A stretch of DNA of 64,000 bases, taken from IMG/VR virus record IMGVR_UViG_3300046513_000171. One strand, 5' to 3'. Positions 57,531 through 64,000 of the stretch are shown one piece after another. Both the position numbers and the translations under genes were made by a program. The notes below the pieces were generated by a model that did not search any database, was not told the origin of the DNA, and was given only the letters and a program-made list of their open reading frames with translations. Each line of letters starts with the position of its first letter. Position 1 is the first letter of the stretch. This DNA is from an uncultured virus (IMG/VR IMGVR_UViG_3300046513_000171). Taxonomy: Duplodnaviria > Heunggongvirae > Uroviricota > Caudoviricetes.

Positions 57531-57926
57531 TCAGGCTTCCTGCAGTTCGCGCCTGTTGTTCTGCGTCACCCGCTTCTTTGGGTCCGTCTTGATCAGGTAG
57601 TCATCGCGATTACCCACGATCCACCTCGGTGTGTGGCCCAGCCCGCTCCACGTCTTGCCCGATGCCGGGTCTACGTACTTCGGCGGATAGACCTTCTTCG
57701 GCTTCTGCGCCGTGAACGTCTTCTCGCTCTTCTTGACCTTGTTCGGCGGCACCTGCTGCGGCTTGACGAAACCGAGATCGACCGTGGTCAGCGAGAACTC
57801 GTCGATGAGCGCACGGCAGGTCTCGATTGCGTCCTTGGCAGCCAGACGCCGCAAGTCCTCGATTTCGGCGTCGAGTTTGGCACGGCGCGCGAGCAGTTCG
57901 CGGTAACGGGTTTCTTCTTTCTTCAA
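57531..57926 (-). CDS. hns: H-NS family nucleoid-associated protein
   Basis: N-terminal Y.ELLA….L..EIE coiled coil; C-terminal PPKY.DP.SGKTWSG.G..P.W DNA-binding motif. Confidence 0.9.
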   Translation of the reverse strand: MKKEETRYRELLARRAKLDAEIEDLRRLAAKDAIETCRALIDEFSLTTVDLGFVKPQQVPPNKVKKSEKTFTAQKPKKVYPPKYVDPASGKTWSGLGHTPRWIVGNRDDYLIKTDPKKRVTQNNRRELQEA

Positions 57927-57927
57927 C

Positions 57928-58449
57928 TTAAAGCTCCTGGTTCTTGATACGGTTGCGCAGCCACTTCGCCAGATCTACGTTGCTGCGCAGGGTGATGTCA
58001 ACCTTCGGCAGGGCGAACCCGCCGCGCTCGCTCCAGAACTCATCCACCTTGGGTCCGAGCATGACAACGTTGGTGCTGCATACGTCGTAGTAGCCGTAGC
58101 TGACGAACGCGCTGACGATGCGGTGGCGCAGCTCCCGCGCGTTGAGCTTCTCATCGAGCCAGCCGCACGCGGAGAATGCGTTTTTCACCCGCGTGTCGCC
58201 CATCTTCTCGTCGACGTTGACCGTCAGTTCCTCGATCCAGAACAGGTTATCGGGGCCGCCTGCATCGCTGCACGGCACCACACGCCGCGCGTCGACGTAA
58301 TACGGCCAGTTATCGAGGTTGTAGAAGTAGCCGCCGTTCTCGATGTTCACGTCGCCGCTGTAGAACCAGCGCGGCTTCTTCTTGCCTTTGCTGATGCTGC
58401 TCATCCAGCGGCTGACTTCGGGGTCAGTGGTTTTTATCGTTCCAAACAT
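57928..58449 (-). CDS. Hypothetical protein
   Basis: 173 aa, palindrome-RBS at 58461. Confidence 0.7.
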   Translation of the reverse strand: MFGTIKTTDPEVSRWMSSISKGKKKPRWFYSGDVNIENGGYFYNLDNWPYYVDARRVVPCSDAGGPDNLFWIEELTVNVDEKMGDTRVKNAFSACGWLDEKLNARELRHRIVSAFVSYGYYDVCSTNVVMLGPKVDEFWSERGGFALPKVDITLRSNVDLAKWLRNRIKNQEL

Positions 58450-58450
58450 G

Positions 58451-58729
58451 TCACTCTCCTTCGGAAATTTCCGAATCGTCCAGCTTGGGATTCTCTTCCA
58501 CGTAACGGCACACGTCGCTCGTGCTGGTGCCCATGTCGCTCTTCACCTCGTAGAGAATGATGCGCTTGACACTACCCTGCAGCTGCCGCGCGAATCCTAG
58601 ACCCTCTCCTAAGCTCGTCACCTCAAAGCCGTGGTTATCGTCCTTGTCGATCCACTCGACGACGTCCCACGACCAGCGCTCATCGCTGACCATGTCGACT
58701 GTTTCACGAATCTCGACCTGTGTTGCCAT
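58451..58729 (-). CDS. Hypothetical acidic protein
   Basis: True start MATQVEI after palindrome-RBS at 58741; C-terminus SEISEGE is encoded by the next palindrome. Confidence 0.65.
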   Translation of the reverse strand: MATQVEIRETVDMVSDERWSWDVVEWIDKDDNHGFEVTSLGEGLGFARQLQGSVKRIILYEVKSDMGTSTSDVCRYVEENPKLDDSEISEGE

Positions 58730-58730
58730 G

Positions 58731-58973
58731 TCACTCTCCTTCGGAAATTTCCGATCGTGGTTGTGCTGCCCTATCAAACGCCTGTACACCCTCCAGCGCG
58801 AGCTGCCACTTCACGCGCCGACCACCCACATACGTCGCCACGCCCTCCCCGCCGCCGAACTTCGGATACTTGCGAAACTCGATCACGAAGCCGTGAATCG
58901 TGAAGTGGGCGCGCGGCTGTACGCTACTCAACACCTGCTTGAACGCCTGCAGGAAAAGCTCTTCGCCAGTCAT
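58731..58973 (-). CDS. Hypothetical protein
   Basis: 80 aa, ATGA overlap; C-terminus SEISEGE is encoded by the palindrome. Confidence 0.55.
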   Translation of the reverse strand: MTGEELFLQAFKQVLSSVQPRAHFTIHGFVIEFRKYPKFGGGEGVATYVGGRRVKWQLALEGVQAFDRAAQPRSEISEGE

Positions 58974-59185
58974 TGCATCGAGTTCCAGACCGCCGCGATA
59001 AGCGAGATCGCCCCTGCCTTGCTGTGGCCGTTACGAAGCAGTGCGTCGGCGTGCGGCTTCGCTGCCGCTGTGAGCTTTTTCTTCAGCTCGGGCGTCATCG
59101 GCTGACCCTTCAGCGGCTGAAGATCTGTTGCGCACTGCATAAGCAAGTACGCGTCGGTGTTCTGGATTGGTTGTTGCATGGTCAC
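58970..59185 (-). CDS. Hypothetical protein
   Basis: GAGGTG RBS, about 70 aa. Confidence 0.5.
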   Translation of the reverse strand: MTMQQPIQNTDAYLLMQCATDLQPLKGQPMTPELKKKLTAAAKPHADALLRNGHSKAGAISLIAAVWNSMQ

Positions 59186-59186
59186 C

Positions 59187-59381
59187 TCACATCAATGTAT
59201 TACGGACTACGGAACGTTCCTCAAGCATATTCCGAATCCAGATGTGTCGCTGCTCACGCCATCCGCGGCCCTTGGCCTGCTTGTGTATAAGCGTATGGCA
59301 GCCTCGTATGAACTGGCGGGTGGTGCAGTGAACGCCACCCGCCGCGCGCTCGGCGCGGCAGTACTGGGCGAAGGTGGTCAT
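59187..59381 (-). CDS. Small basic hypothetical protein
   Basis: Start MTTFAQY via TGATG overlap, GGAG RBS. Confidence 0.5.
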   Translation of the reverse strand: MTTFAQYCRAERAAGGVHCTTRQFIRGCHTLIHKQAKGRGWREQRHIWIRNMLEERSVVRNTLM

Positions 59382-59950
59382 CACTTTCTCCACTTCGCGC
59401 ACTCGCGCCACTTCGCGCACTCGCGCCAGATTTCCAGATCGAGGTCGGTTGCCACGCGCAGTTGCTCTCTCGTGACGAACGTCGAACCGCCCATGCACTG
59501 CTGCCCGTGAAATCCGCCCACGTGGTGGCTCGCAAGCTTGACCAGCGCAGTCACGCCGTGGTCGTAGCGCACGATCTGGCCGAGGTACGGAGTAAGGGCG
59601 CGCTCTCCCCGCTGCGGATCGGAGTTATAGCGGGCACAAGCGTCGGGCGTGACGGCCGGAGTCGCATACTCCACATGCGACTCCAGATCGATCGCCCCGA
59701 ACAGGTTATCGACATGGCTCTCATTGATCGCGTCGTAAACCTCCGAGGGGCTAATTGGCGCGGCACCCGCCAGCAGTTTGATGTGGTCGAGCACCTCGTC
59801 GCTGCCGGCGTCGTTCATCTCCGCGCCGTCGAGCACTGCGCGCTCCAGCCGCGTTTGCAGATCCCACATGTGGATCTGCATCATCACAGCCTGACGCAGG
59901 AGTTCGAGGACTCGTGCGCGGCGTGCGTTGGCATCGATTGCCTTGATCAT
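59381..59950 (-). CDS. Hypothetical protein
   Basis: 189 aa, palindrome-RBS at 59964, ends in WRECAK x2. Confidence 0.65.
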   Translation of the reverse strand: MIKAIDANARRARVLELLRQAVMMQIHMWDLQTRLERAVLDGAEMNDAGSDEVLDHIKLLAGAAPISPSEVYDAINESHVDNLFGAIDLESHVEYATPAVTPDACARYNSDPQRGERALTPYLGQIVRYDHGVTALVKLASHHVGGFHGQQCMGGSTFVTREQLRVATDLDLEIWRECAKWRECAKWRK

Positions 59951-59978
59951 GTTACGTTCTCCTTCGGAAATTTCCGAT

Positions 59979-60212
59979 TTACTGCTTCCAGTCCACGCCG
60001 TCGGGCGGCATCACGCTGCCGTCGGGCTGGTACTCACCGACCAGCAGGCAGACGTCGTACTTATAGATATCGCCGTCCTCAGCGTCCCCGTCGCGGTAGT
60101 CAATCTCGGCCAGCTTCCGGGCCTCGGCCTCATCGTCCGCAGGCTGCAAGAAAGTGCACCACTCGTCAGCGCGGGTGTCGCGCATTACGATAAGGAACAG
60201 GTACTTTTTCAC
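59979..60212 (-). CDS. Small very acidic protein
   Basis: 77 aa, bounded on both sides by palindromes (59964 and 60224). Confidence 0.65.
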   Translation of the reverse strand: MKKYLFLIVMRDTRADEWCTFLQPADDEAEARKLAEIDYRDGDAEDGDIYKYDVCLLVGEYQPDGSVMPPDGVDWKQ

Positions 60213-60241
60213 TTCGCTCTCCTTCGGAAATTTCCGAAAAC

Positions 60242-60592
60242 TTACCCTAAAAGAAACTTGATACGCAGGCCGTCGAGCGAGTACCAGGCGACGTGCTTGA
60301 GCACTTCCTCGACCGTGATCTTCGGCGCGGTCGAATCGCCCTTTGAATCGACGCCGAGGATGAGGCCGCGACCTGCGAGCGGCTCATGCCACAGCGGGAG
60401 CAGTGAGAAGAACTGCTGTTCCTCCAGGTTGCCGAGGAGCCCGTTGTCATCGACGTACACCGCGTCGGTGCGGCTGATCTGGACGCACGTGAACGTGTCG
60501 CACTTGATCAGATCGTAGATGTGGCGATAGTCGCCTGTGTGCTCGACTTCGGTGACCGTCTTTTCGAACGGGTCGATCAGGATGCTTTTCAT
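60242..60592 (-). CDS. DUF3846-like protein
   Basis: ILIDP…IY.LI.C…YVDD.GL…PLAG..LILG.D..G.S pattern. Confidence 0.6.
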   Translation of the reverse strand: MKSILIDPFEKTVTEVEHTGDYRHIYDLIKCDTFTCVQISRTDAVYVDDNGLLGNLEEQQFFSLLPLWHEPLAGRGLILGVDSKGDSTAPKITVEEVLKHVAWYSLDGLRIKFLLG

Positions 60593-60768
60593 AGCGCCTC
60601 CAGGTAAAGCCGCAGGTGACCTTCGGCTTGCTCCAGACGCTCTGCGGCTTGCTCCAAAGTTACGGTCTCGATCTGCCCCGTGCGGGCGCGGTACTTGACC
60701 ACGCGCGCCGTGGCCAGCACAGACGCAAGGCGCTCGATCTCGGCGATCTGCTCGGGCTTCAGTTTCAT
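60589..60768 (-). CDS. Hypothetical protein
   Basis: GAGGTG RBS, start MKLKPEQ. Confidence 0.5.
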   Translation of the reverse strand: MKLKPEQIAEIERLASVLATARVVKYRARTGQIETVTLEQAAERLEQAEGHLRLYLEAL

Positions 60769-60769
60769 C

Positions 60770-60880
60770 TCACACCTCAATAAAATAAACCCACTGCCGG
60801 CCGCGCATGTGGCGGAAGCAGTGGGGGTTCATGAAACCGCCGCGGCGGTACCATTCCTCGCGCGTGACCCGGACTTTCAT
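60770..60880 (-). CDS. 36-aa basic/aromatic peptide (not in the ORF track)
   Basis: MKVRVTREEWYRRGGFMNPHCFRHMRGRQWVYFIEV; TGATG overlap; fills the gap exactly. Confidence 0.5.
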   Translation of the reverse strand: MKVRVTREEWYRRGGFMNPHCFRHMRGRQWVYFIEV

Positions 60881-61650
60881 CACAGTTCCCAGTAGCGGTA
60901 GCTATCCGTACGCACGGGCATCGTCAGCACGCCACGATCACGCCAGTGCGCAGCCTCGTGGTCCTCGATCGCTGCGTCAAGCAGTTCGGAAACTTCCGAA
61001 TCGGCCTGCGCCTTGCGCGCGTCGTTATACGCGGAGATGCAGTTGTCCATGCACTCTTCGACGGTCATGAACAGGTAGTCCTCTTCGCTACTTTCGACGC
61101 CGCCGATCGAGTCGTCATAGCCCATCTCGCACTCGTCCTCGTCGACCATCTCGACGCGAATCCACTTCCATTCCCACTGGTCGTTGCACCAGCCGCGCAG
61201 GTACTCGAAGTCCAGGCGCACAGCTTCAGCGTGGATCTCGCCAGCGGTGAGAGGTTTGTTCGGGTCACGCGTCTGGACGTCCACCCACTCCACCTTGTCC
61301 TGCCGGATGTTGTTGACGACGCGATAGGTGGACCGCTTGACGCGTCGCATTGCGCACAGTCGCTTCAGCAACTCGGCCTTGTCGTCGTCGCCCAGCCCCC
61401 AGCCGTCGCGCCTGGCGATCTTGCTGGATGCCTGGACATCGTAGAACCGCTTGCTGCCGCGGTCCTCGCACAGCACACGCTCACCGGGGCGCTTGTCGCG
61501 GCTCGTCCAGTCCGACACCACACCGTGGCCGTCGTGCTCTTTCCACGGCTCGCCCATGTCACCATCGCCCTCGATGGTGACCTTGAACGAGTGGCCCTTG
61601 TATTCGTACACGTCGCCAGCGGCTGACCAGTACTTTTGCGTTGCTGACAT
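60880..61650 (-). CDS. Hypothetical phage protein
   Basis: Start MSATQKY after palindrome-RBS at 61662, 256 aa. Confidence 0.7.
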   Translation of the reverse strand: MSATQKYWSAAGDVYEYKGHSFKVTIEGDGDMGEPWKEHDGHGVVSDWTSRDKRPGERVLCEDRGSKRFYDVQASSKIARRDGWGLGDDDKAELLKRLCAMRRVKRSTYRVVNNIRQDKVEWVDVQTRDPNKPLTAGEIHAEAVRLDFEYLRGWCNDQWEWKWIRVEMVDEDECEMGYDDSIGGVESSEEDYLFMTVEECMDNCISAYNDARKAQADSEVSELLDAAIEDHEAAHWRDRGVLTMPVRTDSYRYWEL

Positions 61651-61685
61651 GATGCCCTCCTTCGGAAATTTCCGATTGGTACTGC

Positions 61686-61934
61686 TTACCACAGCTGAAT
61701 TTCAGCGCCGCACAGGCGGTGCTTCACACACTCCGCACGCGCCCACGCCTCGACTTCTTCGATCGTCTCGATGCAGCGCAGGCGCGTCTCGCGGCAGTAG
61801 TCCATCACCTTGCCGTCGTGCTGCACCCTGAACACGACCTGCCAGTTCGCGTCCTTCTTCCACTCGCTGGCGAGGTCTTTGTCGTTGAAACGGTGCGTGA
61901 TGATCGCCGTGCCGGTTATTTCGAACTTTGCCAT
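61686..61934 (-). CDS. Hypothetical protein
   Basis: Start MAKFEIT after palindrome-RBS at 61949. Confidence 0.65.
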   Translation of the reverse strand: MAKFEITGTAIITHRFNDKDLASEWKKDANWQVVFRVQHDGKVMDYCRETRLRCIETIEEVEAWARAECVKHRLCGAEIQLW

Positions 61935-61965
61935 TGCTATGTTCTCCTTCGGAAATTTCCGATTG

Positions 61966-62313
61966 TCAGTCTGCTTCGATCTCTTTGACTTCAACCACAC
62001 GCCAGTCCGTCATGCCCGTAGTCTTCTCCGCTTCCTTGAGCGCGGCGTCATAGTCATCGAACGGGCCTTCGAGCGTCAACCCGTCGAACGCATTGCCGTA
62101 CGCAATCACGAACTGCGGCACGCGTGTGTTCTGCTTCTCGAAGTACGCCTCGATGTCGGCGATGCGGTTGCGCATCTCTTCACGATCCTCGTCGGTGTAT
62201 TGGTGGCACTCACCGCGCTCCATGTTGTCGAGGTCTGCCTTGAGCGTAGCCAGCAGCTCGCTCTCGATATAGAAAGCGACCGCCGTGTCGTCTGCAAAGT
62301 GCTTGTACATCAT
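61966..62313 (-). CDS. Hypothetical acidic protein
   Basis: Start MMYKHF after palindrome-RBS at 62323. Confidence 0.65.
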   Translation of the reverse strand: MMYKHFADDTAVAFYIESELLATLKADLDNMERGECHQYTDEDREEMRNRIADIEAYFEKQNTRVPQFVIAYGNAFDGLTLEGPFDDYDAALKEAEKTTGMTDWRVVEVKEIEAD

Positions 62314-62348
62314 GTCTCTCCTTCGGAAATTTCCGATTGGTGCTGCGG

Positions 62349-62627
62349 TTAATCGCGCAAAACCTTCTGCGCCTTGTAGATCCACGCGCCGCGCTCGTGC
62401 ACGGTGGTAGCTTCCTGAACAAGCTCGCGAAGTACCTGGTTATCTGCCGTGAGCTGATTAATCTGCTCGTCTCGTGTGTCGCGACCTTCCTTGCGCATGC
62501 GCTCACGCAGGTGGAAGAAAAGCTCGGTGCGGTTCGCTGCATCTGCCGCGACGTTTTCGATAAACCACCACAGCGCTTGCGCGAGTGCCTGGCCGTCGAG
62601 GTATGCCTTGGTCTGTTCGGTGTTCAC
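62349..62627 (-). CDS. Hypothetical protein
   Basis: GTG start after palindrome-RBS at 62639. Confidence 0.65.
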   Translation of the reverse strand: MNTEQTKAYLDGQALAQALWWFIENVAADAANRTELFFHLRERMRKEGRDTRDEQINQLTADNQVLRELVQEATTVHERGAWIYKAQKVLRD

Positions 62628-62655
62628 TTCGGTCTCCTTCGGAAATTTCCGAAAA

Positions 62656-62916
62656 TTACTGCTGGTTCAGGTAATCCAGAATGCAGTGCTTCGCCGCGCG
62701 CATGTCAGGCTCGGGCGTGTTGTAGCTCATGCTGAAGCATTCGAGATCCGTCGCTGCGAAGTGCGGCGCAGCCTTGATATTGATCGTGCGTGCGCCACGC
62801 TGCCACTCGAAATACACGCCGTCGTTGGAGGTCGTGAAGTACAGGTACTCATGACCGTTGCGCTTGACGGTGCGCTCCAGGTTGATGTGGGCGTACCTCA
62901 CCTTGGGTTTTTTCAC
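62656..62916 (-). CDS. Hypothetical protein
   Basis: GTG start after palindrome-RBS at 62928. Confidence 0.65.
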   Translation of the reverse strand: MKKPKVRYAHINLERTVKRNGHEYLYFTTSNDGVYFEWQRGARTINIKAAPHFAATDLECFSMSYNTPEPDMRAAKHCILDYLNQQ

Positions 62917-62956
62917 TTCGGGCTCCTTCGGAAATTTCCGATTGGTGCTGCGGTTG

Positions 62957-63295
62957 TTACTTCCAGAGGTGCTGCACCGTGACGATCAGGCCGACCATCG
63001 CGATGCCTACGATGTACAGCTTGTTCGTCAGGCGCTGCTCGATACCGTCGACGTGTGCCTTGAGCAAAGCAATGTCGGCCTTCAGATCAGATCTGGCCGC
63101 AGCCAGGTCTGCTTTCGTCGCGGCAATGTCGGCCTTCAGATCGGTCTTGAGCAGCGCCACGTCAGCCTTCGTCGCGACTGCGTCCGTCAGGCCCTTGTTG
63201 AGCGCGGTCACCAGGATCTCGGCGCCGCGCTCGGTCATGCCGCCCTCAGACGTGAGCTGCTTGATGAGTTCGTGTGTGTCGTTGAAAACGGGCAT
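62957..63295 (-). CDS. DUF1640/CCDC90-like coiled-coil membrane-anchored protein
   Basis: F.DTH…L…G…AE…ATKAD repeats and a C-terminal TM helix; AAGGAG RBS. Confidence 0.65.
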   Translation of the reverse strand: MPVFNDTHELIKQLTSEGGMTERGAEILVTALNKGLTDAVATKADVALLKTDLKADIAATKADLAAARSDLKADIALLKAHVDGIEQRLTNKLYIVGIAMVGLIVTVQHLWK

Positions 63296-63305
63296 GACAG
63301 TCTCC

Positions 63306-63515
63306 TTAATCAACCGCGCGATGCACAACCTGCGTACCCACCGGTTTGCCGTCGATCATCTTCACGTCGGTCTCAGCCAGCGTCACGCTGACCATGTGGT
63401 GCTTCGACTTCGGCGTTTTGAACTTGACCAGCGCCGCGACCTTGGCGTCGTAAAGCGTGTTCGCGTAGATCTCCGCGCGCTGGCCGTTGTGCGAAAAAGC
63501 GATATAGCCGTTCAT
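63306..63515 (-). CDS. Hypothetical protein
   Basis: Start MNGYIAF after palindrome-RBS at 63527. Confidence 0.65.
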   Translation of the reverse strand: MNGYIAFSHNGQRAEIYANTLYDAKVAALVKFKTPKSKHHMVSVTLAETDVKMIDGKPVGTQVVHRAVD

Positions 63516-63540
63516 CTTGAACTCCTTCGGAAATTTCCGA

Positions 63541-63993
63541 TTAATGCTGCTCGACGATACTGCCATCAATGCGCACGACAGCGGCTACGTCCAGTTCGCT
63601 GTACTCCTTCGTGCACTGGTCCTCAGCCTCTTTCGCGCTCTTTGCCCACAGGCCGCGATACCAGCGCGTCTGGGCCACGCCGTTCAACCCGAACACACGC
63701 CAGAACTCCACGCGCACGAGCAGGTCTTCGTCGAGCGTAGTGGCTGTGCCGTCGTGCCATCCTGAAACCAGACCATCTTCATCGATCTTGCACTGGGAGC
63801 AGCCGTACGTCACGCGGCCGTCCTCGCTGGATACGGTCAGGATCTCGAACAGGTTCATCGACCACACGCCCGTCGTGCGCACCCTGTCCCCCACCTCGAA
63901 CTGCGGGCAAGGCTTGAGTGATGAGATATCGACAGGGAACGGGTTTCTGACACCCACCTTCACGCTGCGCAGCTGCGGCAGGCCGGCGTACAT
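63541..63993 (-). CDS. Hypothetical protein (start uncertain, near window edge)
   Basis: F.VGDRVR SH3-like stretch; its stop abuts the palindrome at 63540. Confidence 0.5.
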   Translation of the reverse strand: MYAGLPQLRSVKVGVRNPFPVDISSLKPCPQFEVGDRVRTTGVWSMNLFEILTVSSEDGRVTYGCSQCKIDEDGLVSGWHDGTATTLDEDLLVRVEFWRVFGLNGVAQTRWYRGLWAKSAKEAEDQCTKEYSELDVAAVVRIDGSIVEQH

Positions 63994-64000
63994 GCCGACC

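Larger units (their letters stand above)
51907..63540 (-). repeat. Dispersed array of 14-bp palindrome TCGGAAATTTCCGA, mostly fused to the RBS (TCGGAAATTTCCGAAGGAG)
   Basis: Exact copies start at 51907, 53887, 55687, 56829, 58461, 58741, 59964, 60224, 61662, 61949, 62323, 62639, 62928 and 63527. One-mismatch variants at 57508 and 60986. I saw none in 1-51 kb. Confidence 0.95.

Noticed and set aside
58861..58876. TTCGGATACTTGCGAA as another palindrome copy
   Set aside because: It has three mismatches, is mid-gene and has no SD, so it could be chance. The same applies to ATGGAAATTTGCGC near 42000.
51907..63540. CRISPR array interpretation of the palindromic repeats
   Set aside because: Spacing is 260-1980 bp and irregular, the intervening DNA is intact ORFs, and no cas genes are present.
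60880..63569. ORF-track N-termini containing NRKFPKE or IGNFRRR as a shared protein leader
   Set aside because: These are translations of the repeat upstream of the true starts, which lie 6-9 nt after AGGAG.
1..64000. tRNA/rRNA genes, integrase, CI-like repressor, IS elements
   Set aside because: None were recognised in this window; lifestyle (temperate vs lytic) cannot be determined from it.

Overview
This window is about 64 kb of a GC-rich tailed dsDNA phage (siphovirus, lambda-like tail tip). A betaproteobacterial (Burkholderia-like) host is inferred from its H-NS homolog and codon usage. There are three blocks. (1) 1-25.2 kb, + strand: late/structural genes. These are a partial major capsid gene, neck genes, tail tube, tail chaperone with a -1 frameshift, tape measure, gpM/L/K/I/J-like tip, tail fibre plus two paralogous fibre-associated proteins, and lysis genes (GH108 endolysin, holin candidates, nested Rz/Rz1). 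(2) 25.3-50.7 kb, - strand: replication, recombination and nucleotide metabolism. These are ThyA, a cytosine MTase-like protein, SbcC/SbcD, an HD hydrolase, ATP-dependent ligase, Dda-like helicase, resolvase, a TraR-like protein, full-length family A polymerase, dNMP kinase, DEDDh exonuclease, an AEP primase-ATPase fusion, SNF2 helicase, an Nmad5-like protein and a MazG-like protein. (3) 50.8-64 kb, - strand: a dense run of small accessory ORFs. The main observation is in block 3. A 14-bp perfect palindrome, TCGGAAATTTCCGA, occurs 14 times exactly plus 2 single-mismatch variants. It is almost always fused to the Shine-Dalgarno (…CCGAAGGAG-N6-9-start) and sits at gene junctions. Neighbouring copies share 28-35 bp that can include the start codon, and in places the element supplies the upstream gene's last codons. 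The region therefore looks like an array of repeat-delimited gene cassettes (H-NS, ArdA-like, DUF3846, DUF1640 and small acidic proteins). No searches were run; all family calls come from motif recognition and synteny.
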